A stretch of 64,000 nucleotides of DNA from Peptococcaceae bacterium UBA6096 (GCA_002435905.1 DIWW01000001.1:23283-87282); one strand, 5' to 3'; positions 29,378 through 38,793 are shown, counted from the first letter of the stretch. A program made the numbers and translations. Notes: generated from the letters alone by a model not told the origin.

Positions 29378-29582
29378 AAGGGCAGAAAGTGCCTGCAAAT
29401 AAAGGGTTTCCGAGCATTGAACTATTCTCGCGGCTATGCTGCCGGAGGTTACAATGCAAGGAAACCCTTATTTTTATTATTCGTGGTAACATATCAACGG
29501 CCCTGATGGTGATAGGGTTGAGTTGACAGCTTAGATAACGCTTATTTTTATTGGGGTTGAGGAGACAGAGTAGATGTATAGT

Positions 29583-32090
29583 TTAGTCTTCACGCACAGC
29601 ATCAGTATCGAAAATTCTATCAAGCTCCTCGTTTGATATTATGCCACGAACCTTATTCCTAACTGTCGTTTTTTCCATGTCTAATCGATAGAAATGTTCG
29701 CGACCATCTACACCTTTTTTTAGACGAATGAGCTGAATCCTACCAAATTTATCCCAGTGCTTCTCTGCAAATTTAGCCAATCCTACTGCCTTGGGATAAT
29801 TGTCCTTGCGACTGGGGTCATGCGGTTCCAGAATATCGAAAATGTAACCCTGTGCATCGGCGCGGACAATCACTAAATCTGGGAACATAGAAGTGGTTAC
29901 ACCGCTGATTTCATAAGGTATTTCAAGAGACCACTTTTTACGGTCGAGATTGCGTAACCAGCAGACAGCACCGTTTTTAAGTTCTTCTACAATGACTCCG
30001 CTTTCCCACGAGTTCAGTGATGTTTGGAATATTCCGTCCTCAGAACAATAGAGGTGCTGTTCAAACTTCACGCTATCATCCGGCACAGAAAAATCGATTG
30101 AACGTGGCAATACCCACGGTACAGATATCGGTTGCGCTGAAGCATTTATTAATCTTTCATAGACATTCTTTCGTGCCTCGTTCAGTCTCGAAATGGATCG
30201 CTTGTTGTTCTCGTAGAGCGTAATGAACTCTTTCTCTGCATAGGAGTTTATCCTCTCAATAGAGTCCGTATCACTCATGAGAACGATGACTTCAATTTTT
30301 ACATCAATATGGTCACGAGTACTATTCCGAATCCAATACTCCTTATGCAAGCCTTCTCCCAATAGCTTTCCGGCTTGCTCAAAATATCGAGAAATATCAA
30401 ACTCTGATACAGTCATAGTCTGTGATGTCTCATCAAAGGAATAGGCATTGTCTCCGTAGTCAAATGTCAGTGTGCCAAGAGCAAATCCAGTGATTGCGGC
30501 CGCTCGTCTTTCAAAGTCTCCTGATTCTTTTATCCGCGCAATTTCCTCATCCATTTTTGACAAAACGGTACTTTTGACCGACTTTTGCGCTCCTAATTCA
30601 ATTCCATCCATCGTCAGCGCGCGAGAAAGTTGTATTAACAACTTGAGTGGTGCCTGCTTGCGGGATGAATCTATCCGATAGGTGATGAGGTTATCCATTG
30701 CCTCAAACACATCAGAATAGGCAAGATTGCACCCAAGTGTAACAAGTTCTTTACTTGTTCCAGTTTCAGTAGGCATGGCCGCGTCACTGTCACGCAGAGC
30801 ATTAACAACATTTTTCACTGTTTCTGCATCAAAATACGGAAGAAAAAGACTAACACTGTTAAGCTCGGCGTCAGAGGAAATTCTTCTAGCCAAAGGAGTT
30901 CGAATCATACGTCCCAGGAGCTGAGCAATATAAGTATAGTCATGCGCACTACGGAATGACATCATGGTTTCAGCACGTGGGCAGTCCCAGCCCGTGGAAA
31001 GGTTCATTTTGAAAAACACGATCATGACATTATTATCGTCCTCAATTCGAGAAGCGTCTATTTGCTGAAGTTCAACGTCACGCACTTTAAGTGTACCGCG
31101 GTCATTGAATGTATGTACTGCTTCCCCGGGCTGTAACTTGCGTCCCAGTGTTTCCTCCAGCAAATCAATGCAAGCACCCAAATCAGTATGTGTTGCTTCG
31201 CGCTCACTACCGTCCTCAACCTGAACAACCAGAATGGGATTTACCATTTTCTCATTTTCGTGATCACAGTAGGATTCCCAGTGAGCGCATTTTTTGCGCC
31301 AATTTTCCACTGCGCCTTTGAACATGGTCATATCGGCACCCAATTGAATATCTGGGTAATGAATGATGATTCTGTCTTTCAGAAGCCCAGACTCACGCAC
31401 ATGTTCAGGTGGAACGATAACTTTTTGAACAGTAGATACCGTTCCAGCAATCAAGTTATCAAATCTATGAGGTGTCGCGGTTATACCGATAACCAGAGGC
31501 ATGACGCAAAGGCCATCGCTTTTACTGCCTTTGATGAATTTCTGCATGATGGACTGTGCCTTGTTCTCAGCTTGAACGGACGTGAAAGTGCCTCTGTGTG
31601 CCTCGTCAATCACCACATAAAATTGCTTTGGATTGCGTTTGGCAGTGTTCGTTAGAGTTTCCCATATAGGAAATTGCCTTGTATCAGACATTCCTGTCAG
31701 CAACTTATCAGAACCGAGTTTTTGAGTGTTTAAAAAATAAATGCAGCCACTCTCGAAGTACTCAGCATTAAAGGTTGAATCAATGGTCACCAAATCGCGC
31801 ACACGGATTTTATCAGACTTGCTTTCGATTTTCAGCCGTGTCTGCTCATTGAGTTCCGGAGAATCGGAAAGCCAAATAAACACTGAATCCGGTTCTCCGA
31901 TGCTGTCTGCACTTCCATACAGAATTTCCTCGAAAAGAGTGGTCATAATGATTGTTTTCCCCGAACCCGTAGGCGAGGAAAACGAAATTACCTGTGGATC
32001 GCGTTCACTCCACATTAAGTGTGCCTTGGTTATTTTCTCATGCAGTTCGGCAAGAGCCGTTTCTTGAAACGGAAATAGTATATCTCTCAT
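29583..32090 (-). CDS. res: Type III restriction endonuclease subunit (SF2 helicase + PD-(D/E)XK)
   Basis: SPTGSGKT Walker A, IDEAHRG, GITATP, LSTGWDCP, Q.LGRMIR, FPDL...ILEPH nuclease motif. Confidence 0.85.
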   Translation of the reverse strand: MRDILFPFQETALAELHEKITKAHLMWSERDPQVISFSSPTGSGKTIIMTTLFEEILYGSADSIGEPDSVFIWLSDSPELNEQTRLKIESKSDKIRVRDLVTIDSTFNAEYFESGCIYFLNTQKLGSDKLLTGMSDTRQFPIWETLTNTAKRNPKQFYVVIDEAHRGTFTSVQAENKAQSIMQKFIKGSKSDGLCVMPLVIGITATPHRFDNLIAGTVSTVQKVIVPPEHVRESGLLKDRIIIHYPDIQLGADMTMFKGAVENWRKKCAHWESYCDHENEKMVNPILVVQVEDGSEREATHTDLGACIDLLEETLGRKLQPGEAVHTFNDRGTLKVRDVELQQIDASRIEDDNNVMIVFFKMNLSTGWDCPRAETMMSFRSAHDYTYIAQLLGRMIRTPLARRISSDAELNSVSLFLPYFDAETVKNVVNALRDSDAAMPTETGTSKELVTLGCNLAYSDVFEAMDNLITYRIDSSRKQAPLKLLIQLSRALTMDGIELGAQKSVKSTVLSKMDEEIARIKESGDFERRAAAITGFALGTLTFDYGDNAYSFDETSQTMTVSEFDISRYFEQAGKLLGEGLHKEYWIRNSTRDHIDVKIEVIVLMSDTDSIERINSYAEKEFITLYENNKRSISRLNEARKNVYERLINASAQPISVPWVLPRSIDFSVPDDSVKFEQHLYCSEDGIFQTSLNSWESGVIVEELKNGAVCWLRNLDRKKWSLEIPYEISGVTTSMFPDLVIVRADAQGYIFDILEPHDPSRKDNYPKAVGLAKFAEKHWDKFGRIQLIRLKKGVDGREHFYRLDMEKTTVRNKVRGIISNEELDRIFDTDAVRED

Positions 32091-34541
32091 TTATGAATCC
32101 CTCCTGCTTCCCAACACAAAGTTATCGATATAATCGCGATATAGTTGGTATGTGTTATTTGCTTTTACTCCAGCAGTCATTTCACGGAAAGCCGCTTCAG
32201 AGTTAGATACAAAATAGACCACTCTGATATTAACTGCTTCCGAAAGCTTTTCAGCAAATTCAGCGTACTTCGTTTCATCAACTAGAATGGCAAAGCCGTT
32301 TTCAGGAAGTATCAGCATCTCCGGTTCATCGTCAGTGTTTATCTCTGGCCTCCGGCCAAGCGCCCCGGATTTTAGCCACAGTAATGGTAGTATTTCACGA
32401 AACTGTCGACCAAGTGACACGCTGTTTTTATCCAAAAAGCCTAACTTAAAGTATTCGACGTTGGCAGGTAAGCCTTCGCTCATAGGACGTTTAATTTGTG
32501 ATTTAACGGTAATGGTTCCAAGTAATTCAGAAACACGTGCTTTAATTGCATTGAATGCAGCTGTTTCCGTTACCACTATATAAAAGTCTGTGATGTGGTC
32601 TTGATCTTCCAGTGCGTTCAGCCACTCATCAGCGGAATCTAAATTAAACAAAATGGATGTTGAGTGTTTCTCCGAAACAATAAACTTACTGTCAGACTTG
32701 ACTAATGTTTGAGGTAGTTGAGTCTTGCCATCCTTGCCACGAAGTACAGCAACTATTTGTTTTTTTGCATTGTGTGTTAACTCTGCAGGGTTATCAACGA
32801 AGCCAAGATGATAGAACGAGCGGCTTTCTTCTTTTGTGACGGTTTGATTAGTAAAGTATTCTCCAGTGAGCGGAGAGCCATCATTACGCTTGCCCATTAT
32901 ACTGTATTGTGTCCTCGGCCAAGTTACTGCACGGCAAATTCCGTGCTCTTCCCATTCAGGGTCGCCAGGTTGATAGCCGTTCCTCTGTAGGTCCCGGGCC
33001 TCGTCAACTGAGACCTCGTTATTGGTAACTAGTATGCACCGTCTGTTACCGCAATCCTCGGCATTCAACAGATTCACGGCGTGGAGAGTTGTACCACTTC
33101 CGGCAAAGAAATCGGCAATGAGAGCATTTTTATTATTTCGAACCACTGCCATAATTGCATCTTTAGTAGAGTAAAGTGATTTAGGAAAAGAAAACGCTCT
33201 TGACTGACCAATAATACTCGAAACCAAATTAGATCCATAAGCTCCTGCGTCATGCAAACTCCTATGCCATATAGTTTTAATTGCCCTATTGTTGCTATCA
33301 TTATATTCAATAGATACAACCCCAGTTTTAGGATCCTTATCTACAATTCTAATATGTCCATCATCTATCATTTTTTGGTTTGGTAGGCTAATATATGAAA
33401 TCCCCCATGTTTTACGGCTTGAGTCATACTTTCCAAGAGAAACATATCCTTTATTAATTAATGTTCGTAAAGTTTCATATCCAACCCCCCAATTTCCTAA
33501 AGAGCCATCTGTTCTTATAGGCCACGCGACATCATAGCCCTCAATTTTCAAATCAAAATTTGGATATTCATTAAAAGGTAAACTTTCACCAGTACCAACA
33601 ACTTTACCAAGGTTAGTATCTATTAAAACAGGATAGAACATATTTTTTCTATCTTCACGTCGTGCATTTGTTCCAGAACGTAAGAGCCCTTTCCAACGTG
33701 GTTTTCTGTTTGAAACAGGCGGATTCAGAAGATTATCGTCACTGGCATCAATAAATGCGTTAGGAGCAAAGCAATAAACAATATACTCCTCTACCCGCGA
33801 AAAACGACCCTGAGTTACTCCTTTTGGGTTTATTACAGTAGTCACCATTTGTATATAAAATTCAGGAAGTAACTGTTCTAATAATACTCTTAGGTGATGC
33901 ACTTCGTGTTCGTCTATGGTGACTATTAGCACACCTGTATCAGGATTAAGTAAACGACGAGCAAGCTTTAACCTTTTTTGCATCATGGAAAGCCACTTAC
34001 TGTGGCGCCAATTATCAGAAGAATCTACATAATCGTTATTGTATTTCCAGTCCTTGGCGCCAGTGTTATATGGTGGATCAATATAAATACAATCCATTTG
34101 TTTTGGGTAAAGATACTCAAGAAGCTGCAGCGCGTGGTAGTTGTCTGCTTCAATGAGAGTATGCCATAAACTACTATCAGGCGAATTCTCTATAGAATCA
34201 ATCGGCTGGAGCATGGGAAAAATAGGTTCACCAAACTGAGCAACCGAAACAAGCTCCGTAAGCGGGATGGTTACAATGTCACCCGTCGCCTTGTGACGAC
34301 AAAGGGCTGTTTCGTTGTTCAGCTTTATCACTGAATAAACGTCATTGATGTGTCCCGTTTTGCAGGCAATGGTCGAACCGCGTTTGACAGCAACATCGTA
34401 AAGCGGAGTGCATTCAGGTATATGTTCCTCGAATACAAGCCCAAATTTTTTATTTTTAGATATGCGAGCAAATTCCTGTTCCAAGCGACTACGCAAGGAT
34501 GTATCGGGGATTTGCCGTAATAAATCAGTAATTGCAGCCAT
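32091..34541 (-). CDS. mod: Type III RM methyltransferase subunit (N6-adenine, beta class)
   Basis: LIEADNY, YIDPPYNTG, WLSMM..RL, FPKS, DFFAGSGTT; abuts res. Confidence 0.88.
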   Translation of the reverse strand: MAAITDLLRQIPDTSLRSRLEQEFARISKNKKFGLVFEEHIPECTPLYDVAVKRGSTIACKTGHINDVYSVIKLNNETALCRHKATGDIVTIPLTELVSVAQFGEPIFPMLQPIDSIENSPDSSLWHTLIEADNYHALQLLEYLYPKQMDCIYIDPPYNTGAKDWKYNNDYVDSSDNWRHSKWLSMMQKRLKLARRLLNPDTGVLIVTIDEHEVHHLRVLLEQLLPEFYIQMVTTVINPKGVTQGRFSRVEEYIVYCFAPNAFIDASDDNLLNPPVSNRKPRWKGLLRSGTNARREDRKNMFYPVLIDTNLGKVVGTGESLPFNEYPNFDLKIEGYDVAWPIRTDGSLGNWGVGYETLRTLINKGYVSLGKYDSSRKTWGISYISLPNQKMIDDGHIRIVDKDPKTGVVSIEYNDSNNRAIKTIWHRSLHDAGAYGSNLVSSIIGQSRAFSFPKSLYSTKDAIMAVVRNNKNALIADFFAGSGTTLHAVNLLNAEDCGNRRCILVTNNEVSVDEARDLQRNGYQPGDPEWEEHGICRAVTWPRTQYSIMGKRNDGSPLTGEYFTNQTVTKEESRSFYHLGFVDNPAELTHNAKKQIVAVLRGKDGKTQLPQTLVKSDSKFIVSEKHSTSILFNLDSADEWLNALEDQDHITDFYIVVTETAAFNAIKARVSELLGTITVKSQIKRPMSEGLPANVEYFKLGFLDKNSVSLGRQFREILPLLWLKSGALGRRPEINTDDEPEMLILPENGFAILVDETKYAEFAEKLSEAVNIRVVYFVSNSEAAFREMTAGVKANNTYQLYRDYIDNFVLGSRRDS

Positions 34542-34560
34542 AAATTAGATCCTCCTATAT

Positions 34561-36198
34561 TTACTCGTTCGATTCGAACTTGCTCCACGAACGACCAAAT
34601 AGTTTATTTCCGTCCGACAAGTGCAAAATTGATGTATTTTCTAAAATTTTATGTGCCTTCTCAGTAGTTGAATCAGCTTTATCAAATGCAATAAAAATCT
34701 GTCGTCCACTGCCCTGATAACGTTCCAGGATATGCTCTAAATGAGTATCCTCAATACGTTTGAGAATATTGGAATCGTGAATGAGCGCAGGAATTGGACA
34801 TAATTCAAGTATGCTCAAATCGTATACCACAAGGCCCTTGAACGCAGTACCTTCACTGGTGTTACCTGGCGTTTCAAAGATAATTTCCTTTTGGGGAGTG
34901 ATTTGCAGTAGGGGCGATGTTTCCTGTTGTTCGGTCACTACGCCGTTTATTATTTCAATACGCAGATTGATTTTATTTTGTATCTCTTCCAGTTTTTCGG
35001 TTTGTTGTTGTATCAGTTTTTCCAGTTTTTGCTCTGCGTCTAAGCGGGCTTCCTGCAATTCTTTTTGGTGAATCAACTCAGCTGTTTCTTCTTCAAGCCT
35101 ATCAATGCTTTTAGACACGTTGACACACTGGGAGAGCACTCGCTCTGTCATCTCTTTTGCCAGACCAGACTCTTCGATTTTTTGATAAAGCCGTTTAATT
35201 TCCTTGTCGCATTGGTCGATGAGTGGTTGTAAACGTTCGATTTCCTGATCCATCTCTTCACCCAGGATTTCTCTGATTTTTTTGTGAAAATATTCAATCT
35301 CCTTGAACGCTTTTAGATCAGCATTCGGGAAGAAATGTACCAAAGAATCAAATTCACTGGCGGTCTCTGGGTTGCTTTCAGCGATATTGCCCTTAATAGC
35401 ATTAAGCTGCGATTGGAGACGATTGCGCTTGCGGATGAAACTGTTCAAATCTTTTTGAGCAGCTGTTATTCGTTCAAATGTCTGTGTGTCAAACCCAAAC
35501 ATTGCTAACTGGGCTTCTTCATTGTTTTTCATTAAGGTTTGGAGTCTTTTCTTCAGTGAATCTATAGACTTTCGATTCGTTTCGATTCTCTCAGTGTCTA
35601 CCTTCTGACGCTGGCGCGATTTGAGCTGCGAATATTTGATGCCAAGTTCTTCCTCCATGCTCTTAATGGCAGCGAGAATTTTATAGTGACCAAACAGTTT
35701 CATCAGAAAATCGACGGCCTTTTCATCCTGTTCGCGAGGCTTTATTAGTAGAGGATACTTTTCCAGTGTATTTTCACGTCCATAGATACGGAAATACCGC
35801 TCTGTGATTTCCGAAAATGTGAGTGCAGGAAGTTCAACTTTGTATTCCTGGAAGAGAAAGCTTCGAAATTCGTCCAGTGTCAATTTCGTAATAAAATGGT
35901 AATCCTTATCACAGCGATATACATTTTTAGGATCATCGGTACTTCGGTAGAAATAATGCGGTTGTCCTTGAAATTGGAAAGTGAAATAGATGGTATGGGG
36001 ACCTATTTCCTTTTTAATATCATTTGACAGGGAGTAGTAGCTTTCGCCACCGAATGCATAATCAATAATCCATAGAAATGTTGATTTGCCAATAGCATTG
36101 CTGCCACCTGCACTGCCTAAAACTGTGTTAAGGCCTGACTTAAAGTTGATGGTTTGATGTTTCAGTGCAAATTTATTGCATTTTATTTGAGTCAACAT
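34561..36198 (-). CDS. lmuB: SMC-like ABC ATPase (DUF2326; Lamassu LmuB / ABC-3C ATPase)
   Basis: Walker A GGSNAIGKST, central coiled coil, SEGTAF signature, LIHDS Walker B, QIFIAFDK. Confidence 0.8.
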   Translation of the reverse strand: MLTQIKCNKFALKHQTINFKSGLNTVLGSAGGSNAIGKSTFLWIIDYAFGGESYYSLSNDIKKEIGPHTIYFTFQFQGQPHYFYRSTDDPKNVYRCDKDYHFITKLTLDEFRSFLFQEYKVELPALTFSEITERYFRIYGRENTLEKYPLLIKPREQDEKAVDFLMKLFGHYKILAAIKSMEEELGIKYSQLKSRQRQKVDTERIETNRKSIDSLKKRLQTLMKNNEEAQLAMFGFDTQTFERITAAQKDLNSFIRKRNRLQSQLNAIKGNIAESNPETASEFDSLVHFFPNADLKAFKEIEYFHKKIREILGEEMDQEIERLQPLIDQCDKEIKRLYQKIEESGLAKEMTERVLSQCVNVSKSIDRLEEETAELIHQKELQEARLDAEQKLEKLIQQQTEKLEEIQNKINLRIEIINGVVTEQQETSPLLQITPQKEIIFETPGNTSEGTAFKGLVVYDLSILELCPIPALIHDSNILKRIEDTHLEHILERYQGSGRQIFIAFDKADSTTEKAHKILENTSILHLSDGNKLFGRSWSKFESNE

Positions 36199-36415
36199 AG
36201 CGTAGCATCCTCCCTTCCTCGATTAGTTCGATTTTTCCTAATGCAAATAGGCAGTCTAAAGCGTTTAGAAAATCTCCCATGTCCTTTTTTCCTGATGCGG
36301 TAAGTTCAAACAACTCTTTAGGGGTCATATTCCGCTGCATCAATAACTCTAAGATTTCTGGGAAACTAGCAATGATGCTGTTTGCATAGGATGTAACTTT
36401 ATTTGGCAATCTCAT
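36173..36415 (-). CDS. lmuC: ABC-three-component middle component (LmuC-like)
   Basis: 80-aa winged-helix-like protein (MRLPNK...FLNALDCLFALGKIE) overlapping both neighbours. Confidence 0.7.
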   Translation of the reverse strand: MRLPNKVTSYANSIIASFPEILELLMQRNMTPKELFELTASGKKDMGDFLNALDCLFALGKIELIEEGRMLRYVDSNKMQ

Positions 36416-37637
36416 CGAACACCTCACACCTTTGCACGAAGTAGGAGATTATGATCTCACAGGCTTCTCTATATTTGCGGCCAGTCTTTTCAAACAAAGT
36501 CTCAACTAGCAAGTTATAAATATCACTTTGGGATGTAAGCGATTCGCTAGCGTCTTCATACATCCTCTTAACATTCTTAGCAAACTTATCAACGTTCAAT
36601 TTATTTTCCCCCGCCAGCCGATCCAAGGCATTATTAACGCCTTCATACAACTGTCTAACGTCAAAAAGCACTCGCTCTCTCAAGCGCTTTTCAGTGATTT
36701 TATTCTTAACCTTAACAGGTTCGATTTTAAGTTGTGTATCGTCTGTAACATCCATTAAATCGACTTCACGAAGCACTTGTTCAATTTGCTTTTCTATCGT
36801 ATAGCGTGAGGTTGCATCTCTTGCCACCGTAAGAATTTCCAGGGCATGCTTATCTGAAAGCAAAGCCAATTTATCTTCCTCGGAGGCACTTTGTATTTCG
36901 CGTTCACAGTCAACACATAGTACAACGTCATCGGTTTCGGAAAGGTGAACGACCTTGGCGTAGTTAACGTCGTTGCCTTCTTTTTTTATGCCCAAAAGTC
37001 TACCGCATTTTTGACATTTGCCGCCCGTTTCTGTTAGTAACACCAAACAGCGAGCGTCAATTGCAATTTCATCGGCGGTTTCTATAGAGAATTTACTGTA
37101 TGCCATAAGGAAGCTTATGCTCGTTTTTTGTGCGTCAAAGAATTGTATGTATTCGTCGGTTATCTCTTTTACACTTTCTTCGCAATTTCGGTTTTCAACA
37201 TTGACTACCGTATAGAGAAAAATCCCTGCGAGAAAGTCATCTAAAACAAAAGCATCACGTCTTGCAATAGTTTCCTTTGTCATGCCATTCACTTTTTCGA
37301 CAATTGTGTCGGGCTCGATTGAATTGTCAGAAGCAATAATATCCTTCAATGCAAGAACGATGAGGCTCTTTTTGTTGCCATCTAACAAGGGAAGGATGTT
37401 CTGCTTAAAGTAATTTGAAGTAGTATGAGCATCTGCTGTCGGAGCAAAATCAGTCACATTGGGCGATAGATTTTTTTTGCCAAGTATCAAATCTGAAGTA
37501 GTGCCGTCATCGGTACGAACGTCATAGCTAGGCGCAACAGAAAGCAGTACGGTACCACACAACCACTTTTGTGTAACGCTTTTTGCCTTGCAAAGCTTCA
37601 AAATTGTTGCATAAGTGCCAAAGCACAGCTTTTTCAT
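36399..37637 (-). CDS. lmuA: ABC-three-component effector (LmuA-like): N-terminal helical domain, degenerate HNH/Zn finger, CTD
   Basis: CQKC...VHL...LCVDC Zn-HNH-like region; C-terminal EIIISYFVQRCEVF typical of ABC-3C CTDs. Confidence 0.7.
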   Translation of the reverse strand: MKKLCFGTYATILKLCKAKSVTQKWLCGTVLLSVAPSYDVRTDDGTTSDLILGKKNLSPNVTDFAPTADAHTTSNYFKQNILPLLDGNKKSLIVLALKDIIASDNSIEPDTIVEKVNGMTKETIARRDAFVLDDFLAGIFLYTVVNVENRNCEESVKEITDEYIQFFDAQKTSISFLMAYSKFSIETADEIAIDARCLVLLTETGGKCQKCGRLLGIKKEGNDVNYAKVVHLSETDDVVLCVDCEREIQSASEEDKLALLSDKHALEILTVARDATSRYTIEKQIEQVLREVDLMDVTDDTQLKIEPVKVKNKITEKRLRERVLFDVRQLYEGVNNALDRLAGENKLNVDKFAKNVKRMYEDASESLTSQSDIYNLLVETLFEKTGRKYREACEIIISYFVQRCEVFDEIAK

Positions 37638-37661
37638 AGATTGCGCCCCCCTTCAATGAAT

Positions 37662-37880
37662 TTAGATAGTTGGATTATCGTCGTTGACGTAGTCAACAAT
37701 ATCGCCAATATTGACATCAAGTGCCTTACAGATTCTGGCTAACACATCCATGCTTACCGGCAAGTCTTTGCTCATTTTTGCCATCGTTGTCGATGTCAAA
37801 TTCGTCTTTGCCATTAAATCTTTTTTCATCATCTTTTTATCAATTAAAAGTTTCCAAAGTTTGTTATAACTAAATGCCAT
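37662..37880 (-). CDS. Xre/Cro-C1 family HTH regulator
   Basis: FSYNKLWKLLIDKKM.K.DL......TMAKM.KD.PVSMDVL.RIC..L...IGDI; SD GGAGG. Confidence 0.9.
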   Translation of the reverse strand: MAFSYNKLWKLLIDKKMMKKDLMAKTNLTSTTMAKMSKDLPVSMDVLARICKALDVNIGDIVDYVNDDNPTI

Positions 37881-37913
37881 TTTATCGCCTCCAAGCACTA
37901 CTGGATGGTATTA

Positions 37914-37927
37914 AAAGACGTGTCTTT
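37914..37927. promoter_or_regulatory. Palindrome, putative Xre operator
   Basis: AAAGAC-GT-GTCTTT about 35 bp upstream of the Xre start codon. Confidence 0.35.
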
Positions 37928-38100
37928 ACTAGCTAAAACCAACTCTTCTCAAAAGGTAGAACTACAAAACTGTGCCGCCAACCATCCATGCTCAGCCATA
38001 AAAACAGGGGTGGATTCTCCGATTACAAAAACATCGAGAGGGAGTCGATCTCTATTTGGCATGCCCATTTTTCTCATGATACGCCAGATAAACGAAAAAA

Positions 38101-38242
38101 TCAAACTGCATTTGGGTTACAAAAGTGGCTTTTCGTTTTCAAAAGTGGCTTTTCAGATACAAAAACTGCGTTTCGTTTACAAATATTCACTTGTCAATTA
38201 CAAAGGTTGCTTTTCACTTTACAAAGTGGCATCTCGCCTTTC
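38101..38242. repeat. Degenerate tandem array of ~7 x 20-21 bp
   Basis: Units such as AAAAGTGGCTTTTCGTTTTC, AAAAGTGGCTTTTCAGATAC, AAAAACTGCGTTTCGTTTAC and AAAGGTTGCTTTTCACTTTAC. Confidence 0.8.
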
Positions 38243-38378
38243 TATTAAGGTTCAATTAACCCGTGTCTTTACTATTTTAGCAAATTACTAAGCGAATTTC
38301 AATCAAAAATCTAAATATGCTGACTCTGACTTCGCAATCGCTGAGTTTAAGTTTTCGCGGAAAAAAGAAATGGAAATT

Positions 38379-38422
38379 GCTGAGTCACAGCGGAGTGTCA
38401 GCGGAGTTGTGGCCGAGGACTT
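38379..38422 (+). repeat. Four phased 11-bp direct repeats
   Basis: GCTGAGTCACA|GCGGAGTGTCA|GCGGAGTTGTG|GCCGAGGACTT. Confidence 0.65.
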
Positions 38423-38494
38423 ACAGTGTCCGAATCAGTAAAATTTAAATAGATGGTCAGACAAGCCATACTCGATGCAAAAGGAGGACAACCC

Positions 38495-38704
38495 ATGGAA
38501 GAGATTCGCGATTGTAATGGTCGTATTGCTTGTAAGGGTGACGCAACCACAGGTCTTGTTGAGGTTGCATATAAACGATGCAAAACCAGTACTCAAATTC
38601 CTGTTGGAGGAACGTTGAGGATTGAACGTGAAGGTGTTGTGACAATAGTCACACGATTAAATGATTCTGCTTTCCATGTAGAAAGCGGTGTCTGCGCAGC
38701 ATAA
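38495..38704 (+). CDS. Small phage hypothetical protein
   Basis: ATG after AAGGAGG; first gene of the rightward operon. Confidence 0.65.
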   Translation: MEEIRDCNGRIACKGDATTGLVEVAYKRCKTSTQIPVGGTLRIEREGVVTIVTRLNDSAFHVESGVCAA

Positions 38705-38743
38705 GGCATTAATCAACTGAATATAAAATCCGCAGAGCTGCAC

Positions 38744-38793
38744 GACGGCCAGGATTAGTTCTCATATCAGAGGACTATCCTGGCCGTCTTTTT
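38744..38793 (+). terminator. Intrinsic terminator upstream of the sigma-like gene
   Basis: GACGGCCAGGA...TCCTGGCCGTC followed by TTTTT. Confidence 0.8.

Noticed and set aside
38101-38242. CRISPR array
   Set aside because: Units are contiguous and degenerate with no unique spacers, and there are no cas genes. The DUF2800 Cas4-like nuclease belongs to the phage replication module.
37905-38291. 128-aa ORF and overlapping 86-aa ORF in the prophage control region
   Set aside because: No SD and no protein-like features. The sequence is better explained by the DNA repeat array.
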